Notes: generated by a model from the letters alone, not told the origin. 63,754 nt of DNA, filler included, from Atractiella rhizophila (GCA_021432655.1; 4 parts of 3 records of this genome joined end to end with filler, not necessarily neighbours in it); one strand, 5' to 3'; counted from the first letter of the whole stretch, positions 25,549-36,894 are shown. Translations and numbers: made by a program.

Positions 25549-25980
25549 AGTTTGGGAGTACTAATCGGTAAGAAGTAGCTTCATGCGAAGTGGGAGCAGA
25601 GGACGAGGAGCGAAAGGGAGGTACCGTTCTTAGCGTAAGTTCGAGAAGCCGACCTAGGTGAATAGTCCCTGGATGACTTCCCCAGTTGAAAGGAGTTCGA
25701 CACGCATCCCATCTGCTTGGTATTACTTTATAGCGAGGTAGCGTAGGGACTTAGATAACGCTATGACTTATCCTCAGTGTTAGCAACCAAGAAAAGCCGA
25801 CTTGTTACGTCAGAGAAACTGGGTTCTGAGTTGGACAAACAGTTCGCATATGCAAGCGTCTTTCAGCTATTGCGGTTGCTGCTCGAGGACGGCAAGCGAC
25901 AGTTCCGGCTGCTACTCGCTTATCAGGTACTATAACAATAATCTATCCTTTTCCCTTAGTAACTTATTTCGCCACGCATC
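25549..25980. CDS. FAB1: 3' end of FAB1 kinase domain, readable only right to left without complementing (plus strand once re-oriented)
   Basis: Reverse-only from 25980: [55 protein letters not shown]...EPTIVTPIQYRNRFRDAMERYFIM/VPDKW...LIMRV-stop (TGA at 25551-25549). Confidence 0.95.
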
Positions 25981-26375
25981 NNNNNNNNNNNNNNNNNNNN
26001 NNNNNNNNNNNNNNNNNNNNNNNNNNNNNNNNNNNNNNNNNNNNNNNNNNNNNNNNNNNNNNNNNNNNNNNNNNNNNNNNNNNNNNNNNNNNNNNNNNNN
26101 NNNNNNNNNNNNNNNNNNNNNNNNNNNNNNNNNNNNNNNNNNNNNNNNNNNNNNNNNNNNNNNNNNNNNNNNNNNNNNNNNNNNNNNNNNNNNNNNNNNN
26201 NNNNNNNNNNNNNNNNNNNNNNNNNNNNNNNNNNNNNNNNNNNNNNNNNNNNNNNNNNNNNNNNNNNNNNNNNNNNNNNNNNNNNNNNNNNNNNNNNNNN
26301 NNNNNNNNNNNNNNNNNNNNNNNNNNNNNNNNNNNNNNNNNNNNNNNNNNNNNNNNNNNNNNNNNNNNNNNNNNN
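25981..26375. other. Assembly gap (395 N) that should contain the middle of CAT2
   Basis: Run of N; once the block is re-oriented it is flanked by CAT ...ETLAPEAV and ANSESI... Confidence 0.9.
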
Positions 26376-26573
26376 CCGACAGCTTCAGGGGCGAGGGTCT
26401 CGGTCACTACGAGTTTTCGGAATGCGAGGATCCCGCGGGTGAGGAGAGCTGCACGAAGGGTTGGGGAGGGGGGGGTGTGAGGGACTGGGGCGTGGGAATA
26501 GAAGTAGTTCACCCAGGGTACTAGTGGGTCACGAGGTTGGAGGTATGCGTAGTAGTTCCACCAATCAGCCAGC
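26376..26573 (-). CDS. CAT2: Carnitine acetyltransferase internal exon (partial, runs into gap)
   Basis: ctgac...tag acceptor, then LADWWNYYAYLQPRDPLVPWVNYFYSH (carnitine acyltransferase WW..AYL..RDP motif). Confidence 0.9.
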
Positions 26574-27432
26574 CTACGCCGTTCAATGTCAGTTACCTGA
26601 TATACGACATCCAGAGACATGTGATGTGTCACGTCCAAATTGCATGAAATTGTTCGCAAATACATGACAGACTCTTCAGAGGGAAGACAGCAATGATAGC
26701 AATATTTCTCATTCACTTGATCTTATTCCCATGCTCCTCTTAACGCCAGATGAATAAAATAAATGTTCAACTTTGCGCAATATTGTGATTTGCTCAAGAA
26801 GATAAGAGGTATCATCGTCTCCCTTCTATCCACAAATCACCTTCAAGGCAAGACCACTCGTTAAGGAGCAGTAAGTGCAGCGTGGAAGAGAAAGGAGAAA
26901 GCAAAAGAAGACATGGGAGGATGGAAAGCATGAAGGTTACTCCCGTCTGTTCCGTTCTCACTGCACAAGCTGGGGAGGAGAGAAGTTATCACAAACAAAT
27001 CAACAACCGTCCTCAATCTCCTGTTTGACGTGGAGAACAAAATGATTGGACTGTTCCGTATTAACTCCTTCTACAAAGGCGATATAGATAAACCGTCTCT
27101 TTGGTTTATTCCACTCTACTCTCGAGAAGAAATACTGAAACATTAATGATAAGCTCTAAGGCACTTCTTTCTGTCCCTAAGATATTATAGGCGTGCTTTA
27201 ATGAGCTGCTGCCTGAAAATTAAATAAATGAAGTATTCGTTACGATAATGCAATTCACAGGAATCATCCTTTAATTCTTCCTCGCTGTTTGTTGAGGAGC
27301 ATGAACTGGGATACTGGCTGACCATACCCCCTGAGCTACTTGCCAAAAAAAAATGCAGAGTAATAGCAACCACCCCACTTTTGCCTTTTCCCCACCACCA
27401 AACTTCAACTCTACCAAATAGAAGAAACCTAC

Positions 27433-27648
27433 CAGTTACCCTTCGACTCCGGATCCCTCGCTCTCTCCTCCAACCTCTCCTGGAGTGTCCTAACAAGGGG
27501 ACTCTCCTTAAACTCCTTCACAGCCTCTCTACTCCTCCTTTCCTCCTCCTTCGTCTTCCAAAACGCCTTCAAACTATCCAAATACCTCTCCGCCGTCTGC
27601 TCGATGCTCGGCACCGGCAGAGGAGGCAACGAGGCGTCAGAAGCGAGT
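27433..27648 (-). CDS. CAT2: Carnitine acetyltransferase N-terminal exon, copy A (partial)
   Basis: SLPPLPVPSIEQTAERYLDSL...RARDPESKGNW then gtaggt donor; phase fits the exon starting at 26573. Confidence 0.85.
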
Positions 27649-28469
27649 TGCATGAAATTGTTCGCAAATACAGCAAGTCACATTTGACAGACTCTTCAAA
27701 TAGAATATAGCAATGACGGCAATATTTCTTATCTACTTTATTTTATTCCAGTGTTCCTCCAACGCCAGATGAAATGCCACTGTAATAAATAAACGTTCAA
27801 ATTTGGGCAATGTTTGCGATTTGCTCAAGAAAATGAGGAGTATCGTCTTCTCCCTTCTATCCACAAATCACCTTCAAGGGGAGACCGAGAAAGAAAGCAA
27901 AAGAAGAAATGGGAGGAAGGGAAGCACGCAACCTACTCCCGGCTCTTCCGTTCTCACTGCACAAGCTGGGTAGGAGAGAAGTCACACAAAACAAATCAAG
28001 GCTATCGCGCAACAGCACTTGTACCAACCTAAATCTCCTATTTAACCTGGAGAATAAAATGATTGGACTGTTACGTATTAACTCCTTCTACAACGGCAAT
28101 ATAGCCAAGCGTCTCTTTGGTTTATCCCAGTCGACATATTAATATTACCATTAGCTAGTCTCGATAAGAAATACTAGAAGATTAAGGATAAGCTCCAAGG
28201 GGCATCTTTCTGTCCCTGAGATATTATATGCTTGCTTTAATGAGCATGCTGCCTGAAAATTAAATAAATGAAGTATTCGTGACAATAATGCAATTCAGAG
28301 GAATCATCCTTTTTTTCTTCCTCGCTGTTTGTTGAGGAGCATGAACTGGGATACTGGCTGACCATACCCCCTGAGCTATTTGCCAAGTGCAAATGCAGAG
28401 TAATAGCAACCACTCCACTTTCGCCTTTTCTCCACCAAACGTCAACTCTACCAAATAGAAGAAACCTAC

Positions 28470-28665
28470 CAGTTACCCTTCGACTCCGGATCCCTCGCTC
28501 TCTCCTCCAACCTCTCCTGGAGCTTCCTAACGAGAGGACTCTCCTTAAACTCCTTCACAGCCTCTCTACTCCTGCTCTCCTCCTCCCTCGTCTTCCAAAA
28601 CGCCTTCAAACTATCCAAATACCTCTCCGCCGTCTGCTCGATGCTCGGCACCGGCAGAGGAGGCA
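28470..28665 (-). CDS. CAT2: Carnitine acetyltransferase N-terminal exon, copy B (cut by gap)
   Basis: PPLPVPSIEQTAERYLDSLKAFWKTREEESRSRE...GNW plus gtaggt donor; three amino-acid differences from copy A. Confidence 0.8.
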
Positions 28666-28765
28666 NNNNNNNNNNNNNNNNNNNNNNNNNNNNNNNNNNN
28701 NNNNNNNNNTTAATTAATTAANNNNNNNNNNNNNNNNNNNNNNNNNNNNNNNNNNNNNNNNNNNN
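28666..28765. other. Artificial 100-nt contig spacer (44 N + TTAATTAATTAA + 44 N)
   Basis: The same structure occurs three times; the 12-mer puts stops in all six frames. Confidence 0.97.
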
Positions 28766-30121
28766 CGAAAACATGGGGGCGAGGAGCAGGACGCCGGAGA
28801 ATTGTTCGATGTCGGGTGAAGCATGTCTTTCGCGTGTTGTGAGGTTAGTTGGGCTACTTGTGAGGAATTGATGACGTACACTTGTACGCTCCAGGCTGTA
28901 TTGGAAGCGACCCAACCGCCAAAGCTAGCGCCAGCAATGAACCACTTGCCCTTCTTCCTCCCCTATCGCCAGTACTGGACACTTAATCCTCTCTTCTTAT
29001 TCCTGGAAGCAGGAAAGGACGAACCGTCTTCTTGTCCTCACGTTGCACCTCTTCAAGCACCACCCTAACGCCTTCCACAGCTTGATCGAAGTCCGTCAAA
29101 TACACGTGCAAACCGCTGGACCTTCCATGGGAGGGGAGATCAGGGAGGATGAGACGGTATCCGGCTTCGAGAAAGAAAAAACAGTGATCCGTGAACTTTC
29201 CCGCTGTGACAAAGGTGTTACTTTGGAAATAGCGAGAAATGGGGGAGCGAACCATAATCGTTGATTCCATGGACGAAGACAAGCGTTCGGTAATGTCCTG
29301 AAAGAAAAATATTGTTAGCTTGTTGTGCCTTCAAATGCCAATAGCGGCAGAAACAAGATATCCAACTGTGAAGATAGATGATGGATAGTTTGTTTGATTT
29401 CAACATCGTGTCACAATGGATGAAAAGGCCCTACTGTCCTACTAGAGCGCGGACATTATTTATCTTCGTCATCTCAAATGCTAGACGAGGAGCTCAAGCG
29501 CTCTGTCCTTTTCGGAACGTTCAAGGCTGGGTCTCACTCGAAACCCAGTATACATGAACTTAAGCTAAGAGCAAAGTTGTGGGATAATTGAGAGGAGAGC
29601 GAGCCCGAGAGTTTGGAAGAATGCTATCAAGCGTGCTCTACCTATTTCTATTTATCCACTAAAAGCATCACAGTTAAGATGAAGGCATTCCCTTCCACTG
29701 CGCAGGGAACAGAGTGTAAGATGTAGGTGGTACAACGAACGTAGGCAAAGTGCACTGATAAAGCATGTGGTAACTGCGTCTGCCTTTGAAGGGCAATCAA
29801 GGGCGAATCAATCCCTCCATCGCTCTCCCTTCCAATAAATAAAACAAGCCACACCTTTCTCGACCACCTTTTCTTTCCAGCTAATCTCCTGCCACGCAAC
29901 CCATTCCTCTCCCCTAAACACTCTCTTAATTTCATACTCCAGCCGCCTATCATCTCTGACCTTCTCCTCCCGGGGACTATGCGGCAGATCCCACCTCCCA
30001 TAGCTGCGGTCCTTCTTGGGGAAGAAAGGGTCGAGGAGTGCGGGGATAGGATGGGTGAGGATGAGGACGGGGATTGGAGCGTGTAGTATGGTGCGTGTGG
30101 CCAGCCTGGCGCGACAGGCAT
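28766..30121 (-). CDS. Alpha/beta hydrolase (Hydrolase_4, lysophospholipase/monoglyceride lipase-like); 3' end in gap, start uncertain
   Basis: LVFVHGINDY, ILPDLPSHGRSSG, FIAGASFGG (GxSxG), GVLLLAPMF; upstream exon ...YGRWDLPHS...EKVVEK joined across a 557-nt intron (29298-29854). Confidence 0.85.
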
Positions 30122-30536
30122 TGTATAGAATATGTCTAGGACGGTGCCCTGTTAAAATAATGGGAGTGAAAGGGTATGTTGCTGAGTCTGCGCACTGTTG
30201 AAGCTGTTGAAAGTTGAAAGTTGAACATGGAATGATCGGAGATTAGATTGTTGCTGAAGAAAGTAAATGACAAACAAAAAACACGACCAAGACACGACAC
30301 AAAGCAACTTTGGCAAGACGGAGGGTGCTGTAATGCGATGGAGTATATATAAGGGACAAAAGAGACGCGTAAATTTGAAAGAAGGGGAGAAATTTGATCG
30401 TCCTCAGGTTCATTCGTCCCTATTTCCGAACACATTTGCGAGAGGTCAACAATTCGACCAAAGTGGATAGATGAATATCAAGCGCTTTCAGAGTTTCCAA
30501 AGTAGGGAGAAGGTGTATATGTTTCGATTTCTCAAT

Positions 30537-31661
30537 CTAAATCTTTACACGCCCATTTATCTCATCAAGCTCCTTGACCCTCTGTACCATCTCCATCAAA
30601 TAAGTATCCTCGCTCTCTGGCGCCAACTCCGCAATCGATTCAACGAGCTTGAAAAGATACTCCTTTAGTTCCCTCAATCAGTCTTCGCCCCGAGAAAAGG
30701 CACTAGCACAAACCTGGTTGGGACCTGATGGACCTGATTGTGGTCGTCAGCCATTGTGAAAGGAAAGTCGAAGCAAACACCAACCGACACTCCGATGCAC
30801 TGTTTCAGCAACAAGGGAAAGCTTCTCATATCCGGCAAATGAAGGATTTGATAGCTCGCCTACGTAGGTCATAGCCTTCGATTCGTGAACAGGCAAGTGT
30901 CAGCATCAGCATCAGGCTCTAGGTCAGGAAGGAACCAACTTTGGAGACGAGCACTCGCTCCCCAGTGCCGTCTTCAGAGGGACCGTACAAGTCGACGTTT
31001 CTGAGAGTATAACCATCCTGATAACCCGTCAACCGGATTGAAAACAAATGAGTGGGACGCGCCTTTTCTCGATGATCCAGGTAGGCAAATACCTCTTTCT
31101 CGTAAGCAGGATCGATGAGATAGGCTACTCCCCAAACTATGCATTCTTCGGATGAACGTAGATGCTCATCCTAACATAATAATCAGTACTTAATCAGCCA
31201 TGCTGAATGTGTGAAGACCTGCATTCTGTGACACAGTTTTCCAATCATCAGCCGTCAGGAGAGTGACGACTCTCCCTGGTGCCTATATCCGTGCATAATT
31301 TTAATGAGCTTTCATCGCCAAACAAAGCGGTGGAAGGTAAGAGGTGAGGGGATGACGAACACCAGGAACGCCACGATGGTCGTGCGATTTTTGGGCGAAG
31401 CGTCTGACAAATCCCTTAACGTAGCCGGGAACTGCCTTTCATGTGAATCAAAAAGAAGTATAATAATGCTCACAGAGCTAGAGGCTTACTTCTTTCTATT
31501 GTGTGCGGTGGCGGCTTCCAGATCAGAGCTAAAGAGAAGATGTTTGGCGAGTCGTTGGCAGAAGGTATAACGTCAGGTTGAAAGACCTACAGCCGTATCT
31601 AATCGACTAGATCAGACCTGCAAACAGTGAAAGAAAGAGGCACTGACCCATACACATACAT
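30537..31661 (-). CDS. ChaC-family glutathione-specific gamma-glutamylcyclotransferase
   Basis: Spliced MYVYGYGSLIWKP, RRFAQKSHDHRG, PGRVVTL, VWGVAY, YLDHREK-DGY, GPSGPNQ-EYLFKL. Confidence 0.92.
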
Positions 31662-31881
31662 CTCTTGTTCTATGATTGCGCAAAGCAAAGCGATTCAGAG
31701 GGAGAAATCAAGGTTCGTAATACTACTGTGTTATTACAAAGATTTACTGATTAGCTCTACTGCGAGTTGACAAAGGTTGCATTGAACTTCTTTTCGCAAA
31801 TTGCGACAATCATGGACGACTCTGTAAGTACCTCTACCTAAGAGCTCAAATGCGACGTTGATTGCGCTATCGCAGCTTGAA

Positions 31882-33519
31882 ATGCTGCCTTTCAGATTCG
31901 AGGAAAGGGTCCCTGTTGAGCTTCTCCGTCTCATCCTTGCTCATGCACTTCCACCTTCGAGTCAACAAAGTAACTTCTACCTTTTTGCACTTGTCAACTA
32001 TCGGTGGTCCTTAATCGCATCAGAACTCCTTCTCTCGGTTCTCTCTATTCCCGGTCACATTGCCTCCTCTCCTGTGAAGACGCTGTTTCAAGATCTCGAA
32101 GAAAACGGCCTCAAGCTTCTGGACCTACTCGTTTCTAATCCTCAGAAGGGAAATATCGTGAAGACACTCATTATTGACTGCACCGAGGTTTATTTGGCCG
32201 CACAGCTTTTACTCTGCGTCCCTAATCTTGAGGAGCTTATCGCTTATACTAGAGACGTCGCACATGACAAGAACCTGATCATGATTCCTCCCCTACGGAG
32301 GCTTAAATATCTTGTTTTCCGTGCGACCTCGATGGCGGTGCCTTTCGACTGTCTATTCCCAAAGATCGGGGAATCTCGTTTGTTAAAGACGTTCACGCTT
32401 CAACTTCAAGATTGTCGATTACCGTCGCCATCAGCCTTGCTCTCCCAGGATTTCGATACCATACGCCACCTTACAGTCAACGTCCCGTCCACAAGTACAC
32501 TTGAAAGATTTCTCGCCAGCGTCCGCATTCTGCAAACTGTCCAATTGCACGGCTTCTCTCCTGCCGAATTCGAGGTGGTCTCGCATTTCGTATCACAGTG
32601 TATCCACCTATCGAAACTCAGCCTCAGAAGTGACTTTTACATTCACACCGGTTTCCTCATACCACTCCCGCCCCATCTTCATTTCCTCGAGGTAGCAGAT
32701 CTCGCAGTTGCCCCTTCCCTCGTCGAACGCCGCAGGGATCTAGACATATCCCTTTTCTTCACGAACCTCAAGTCACATCCATCTCTCACATCTCTATCCC
32801 TCACACAGGTGCCAGTGTGGAATCCTTTTCTCTATGGGGTCTTTCCAAATCTCAATGACATCCAGCTGAGGAGATGTACAGTGCCGGTTCCCAGTCCAGA
32901 TGGGACAGGCTTCCGAAGTGGGTTCGGATGGGAGGACCAAGTGTCACGAAACGTCTTCCAACCTACCTTCCGACGATGGCTCGAGGACGGTATCAATGGG
33001 ATGAGAAACATCACCTCGTTATCTATATCTGTGCAGGGCTACCATGAAGCCACTGGCGCTGCCTCCCTCGCTCTCATGCACCAACTCTCCGAACGAAAAG
33101 GAACCCCTGTGATCCTCTCGGTCTTTTTCGAGAGTTCTGCCGCAGCTCACAATACAGTCCACCTCCTCCCTGCTTTCCTCCGTTTCCGTATTCTAAGGAT
33201 CGGGAACATTTCTGACACCCTAATTCAATCGCACAGAGGGGTCAGTGATATTTTGACGCAGCTTCTGCGCGCGGACGAGTGCGCGGTTGAGGTGTTCCAT
33301 TTTCGTGGCAAGATACTGTTCTCTCGCTTGTTGGAAGAGGAGAGGGATGTGACGGGGAAGGGAAGAAGTCTAAAGAGATTGAAGGCTCTGATTATCAATG
33401 AGAAGAAAGAAGAGTCGGGCGAGTGCCAGAGGAAGTGGTGTGAACAAAGAGGGGTGGATTTCACAGCGGAAGAGTGGAGCACGGAGCTTGCGTACACTTT
33501 CTGGTATCGATACCGATAA
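31882..33519 (+). CDS. Intronless F-box-like / LRR-like protein
   Basis: 545-aa ORF; RVPVELLRLIL...FALVNYRWS F-box-like start; many LxxLxL repeats; paralog of 45451-47040. Confidence 0.72.
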   Translation: MLPFRFEERVPVELLRLILAHALPPSSQQSNFYLFALVNYRWSLIASELLLSVLSIPGHIASSPVKTLFQDLEENGLKLLDLLVSNPQKGNIVKTLIIDCTEVYLAAQLLLCVPNLEELIAYTRDVAHDKNLIMIPPLRRLKYLVFRATSMAVPFDCLFPKIGESRLLKTFTLQLQDCRLPSPSALLSQDFDTIRHLTVNVPSTSTLERFLASVRILQTVQLHGFSPAEFEVVSHFVSQCIHLSKLSLRSDFYIHTGFLIPLPPHLHFLEVADLAVAPSLVERRRDLDISLFFTNLKSHPSLTSLSLTQVPVWNPFLYGVFPNLNDIQLRRCTVPVPSPDGTGFRSGFGWEDQVSRNVFQPTFRRWLEDGINGMRNITSLSISVQGYHEATGAASLALMHQLSERKGTPVILSVFFESSAAAHNTVHLLPAFLRFRILRIGNISDTLIQSHRGVSDILTQLLRADECAVEVFHFRGKILFSRLLEEERDVTGKGRSLKRLKALIINEKKEESGECQRKWCEQRGVDFTAEEWSTELAYTFWYRYR

Positions 33520-34799
33520 AACCCTAGGGAAGCTCCAGCAGTCGTTGCGTCATCCCTTCATACCACAACGGTCCAGTTATTCGGACCGTCAGGGGAACTC
33601 TGCTTTACAGTAGGTTGAGTAGAGCGGACGAGGAAAGGAGTTCCTCAAGAGAGGAGCTTGGAAATGTGAGGGTATATTCCTCCGTTAGTCTCGTTTTGGT
33701 ACCACCACCATCTCGATATTGAGCTGGATATCGAGCTCATTTATTCACGGTTCCCTAACGTTGAATTTACACTCAGGTGGCGAATAGGATGAATGGACAT
33801 GGCTAGCCATGGAACAGGCTTCTTTTCCCCTTGTTCTTCTCAGAGCATGGCTGAAGTAGCAGTCCGATTATCGCTTTCTTCAGATCTAATATTCCTAACG
33901 AAACGAAACTGCCTATAAGTCGCTTCTAGTGAACTCAAAGGATCATGGTCTAAATGACTACGAGCAACGAATAGACTAAACATTGACATTCCTATTCGTA
34001 ATTCGTACAGCGAACATTATGCGAGGTATGAAATAACTCATGACCCTACTCTTCTCTGCCAAATGCATGAAAAGGGCATAAATTATATAAATATGTCTAC
34101 AACTGAATGTGTGGTTTATAAGGCTTGGATTTTTAAGCATGCGGCCAGAATAATTCCGAACTGAAGAAGAGCACGAGGTAGATATGACTCGGTGTCATGA
34201 ATTGCCCATGGATTTATCTAGACCCTAGTTTGCTGTTGAATCTTCAAGTTGGGAGAGGGATAAAAGGCGTTTGTGTAGATCGTAGGAAGGAAGGGCCAAG
34301 GGAAGCAGTTTGCTGAGCTTGATGAAGCAGGAGGGAAATCGGCTCATGATTTAGCATTCGAAGATGGTTTGATAGGCTTGCCAAGTCCCTGCCCACTGTG
34401 GGGAGGTGATTATCGCCCTTGCAACTCCAGCTGGAAATCTGCTGAGATAGTGGGCACATTTGGCAAACATTCAAAGCAGGGAATGATTATGGCACTGAAA
34501 ATCCTGTAGAGAATATGTAAACTCTTGGCATCATTGCAAATGCGGGCTCCTGGTGACACTTAGTTGATTTTCGAGTGTCGCGACTGCTCAATCCCGCTCT
34601 GCAAATCGCGGATGAGAAGAAGCTGGACTCTCCGCGCCCTCACTTAACCAAGCAAAAGCTTACCTTTGATTTTCGAGCGCTTTTCCATACCGTGGTGATC
34701 TCAACCTACCATCCGAGTCCAAGTTATAAAATGGATGTTGTTTGTCTACTGCTTATGCTCCTGGTTTTATTTTAAAGACCTAAAGGTGATCCTGCGACT

Positions 34800-36894
34800 A
34801 TGGCTACGACTTTTATCCTCCTTGCTGATCCGCAGATTAACAAGGCTCCCGAGCCTGAGCGATACGAGACGTGCGGTAACCTCAATGTTGCGCTCAATAA
34901 CTTCAAACAGAATAATGCCGTGTACCCTTCCATTAAAGGGATCAACTGTGCCGGACAGCCTATTGCTCCCATCGCTGCAACTTTCATCGCCGGAGACCTG
35001 ACTCAGTTCGGAGGGAACTTGAATAGGGGAGAACAAGCGGATTTGACGAAAGGTCCTGCGACGTATGTCGGGGGCGAGTTTGTACGTTGCTCCTCATTCT
35101 TCAGAATTTATCGTCGTGCAGGGGAGGTACTGATGCACTCAAATGTTCGATAGTTGAGAAGACTCAGAGCACTTTACTGCCCTGGAGCAGGCAAAACCGG
35201 CAGTGACAAGCAGGTCGAGAAGTTGATAGACACAGGTCCAATCTACTTTGGGTTGGGGAATCATGGTACGTCACCCCGTTTCAGCTCACCTAATTTGTCA
35301 GACTAACCAGCAATCGTTACAGACCTGGAAGGCGCAGCTGGGGAAGGACCACCTGGTTGGAGATTCTCAAACGGCGCGTATTCCACACCAAATAACCATT
35401 TCAGGTGAGGATAAACCTTTCACATTTCCTATATGACGCGCTAAACGTGGTACGACATGGTAATACAGGTATCAGATGTGGAATTTTATCAATCAGATGC
35501 ATGGGTACGTCTAATCTTGTATTCAGCCACAGAACTCAGTACCCTCTAGCTCTCCAAAAGCACCCTTCAAGATCCCTGCACTGTACAAGGGCGGATGGGA
35601 CGAGACGGGACGGCACCTTCAGATGGATTGCCCTCTGGAGGGATCATACGAATGGCAAAAGTATTCAATGAACTACGTTGTGAATTTAGGGCCAGGCGAG
35701 TCTTATCCTTTCCCTAACTCCACATTCACCTGAAAGTTTGAACAGTTGACGTCTATCAAGTCGGTATTTCTTTCCCTGTTGTTATTTTGGTCTGAACAAT
35801 CTACAGCTCCATGTCTTCGGTGGTGACCCGCGACATGGGAGAAACGATGGATTGGAATGGCTGAAGAGGACGCTTGCGATCAAAGGCTATTCTCGACCAG
35901 TCATAATTGTCCAACACGACCTTCCATCCGAGACGCAAGATCAGTGGGTCGATGAAGAAGCTACAGTTCACGAGACGAATCATCTCATGGAAGTTCTCCT
36001 TCCTTACAATGTGATTGCCTTTCTAGTCGGGCACAATCACGATCAGGGTCCGTGCCCCCGTTGGCTTGAATTCCCTAATCAGATGAACACCTTCCCTCGC
36101 GATGCTCCGAAGAAGAAGTGCCCCGAATTCCGCCCCGGTTGTGCTTTCGATCAACATTTCGGACTGTTCAGGATTACGAAGCAAGCAGGGATTGATGGTA
36201 TGTACGATTTGAACGTGCTTTACGGAACGGCGAAAAATCAAGCACCTTTCCTTGTTTGGAATATTGGGTACACTCACACATTCTCTCGAAAGCCAACCGT
36301 ATGGGTAGCGGGTATCAGCGTCTGTTCACAACCTGACTAGTTCTGCCATAGCTCAATTAGTCATAGATCGTCCTCACTCCTGATGAAAAGCATACGAATC
36401 CTAACGTTACTCATACGGTCACCGAACTGAGTGGACAAAGCGCTGACATCAATGATGGTTTCGGAGGCAGGTTCGTATTCTGCTCCGTTCTATCACTTCG
36501 ATCACTCTCACACGCTTGATAGCTTCGTATGGGTTCATCCGATTTTGACGACAGATCGATCGCAAGCCATAACCGGCATCAAGCTCCACATCCTCAAAGC
36601 GGAAATCAGCGGCTGGGGAGAAAATGTCGGACAGGGAAGGGGGAGTGGAGGGTACGATATTCGCGTTCCATATCCCGTTGCTCACCTTGGAGCAGATATA
36701 ACTATCGGTACCTCGAGACCGTTCGTGAAGAAGGAAAACCACCAATCACTGGACTCTCGTTCTTGAGAAGCGATAAAGCGGCTAGTTGTCCTCCTCATTT
36801 CAAGGATTATACGGGAGATATCAATGACAAGAGAGGAGGGTCTTTCCTGTATCTTTGTTGGAGGACTTGGGACGAGTGGACTCTCGACGACTGA
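34800..36894 (+). CDS. Calcineurin-like metallophosphoesterase fused to a C-terminal MABP-like beta-prism
   Basis: Motifs LADPQ, IAGDLT, GLGNH-D, IIVQH, VGHNH; C-terminal three-fold repeat including ADINDGFGGSFVWV / AITGIKL / PITGLSF...GDINDKRGGSFLYLCW. Confidence 0.8.

Larger units (their letters stand above)
23943..25980. other. Mirror-reversed block (reversed but not complemented)
   Basis: No sensible ORF in six frames; the reverse-only reading gives the Fab1 kinase C-lobe and the complement-only reading gives carnitine acetyltransferase, both with canonical introns. Confidence 0.97.
26640..28665. repeat. Diverged ~1 kb tandem duplication of a CAT2 exon plus most of its following long intron
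   Basis: ttgcatgaaattgttcgcaaatac at 26640 and 27649; exon ends offset by 1037 bp; exon copies nearly identical while intron copies carry many SNPs and indels. Confidence 0.92.

Noticed and set aside
23943..25980. Degenerate transposon insertion truncating FAB1 (FAB1 pseudogene)
   Set aside because: This was my first impression from the abrupt loss of homology and many ctag/agct words; the block is fully explained as mirrored FAB1 and CAT2 sequence
24647..26524. ORF-track entries at 24647, 24873, 25187 and 25802
   Set aside because: Chance ORFs in mirrored sequence or read through N runs
28710..28721. TTAATTAATTAA palindrome as a biological motif
   Set aside because: Always centred in exactly 88 N; a synthetic linker
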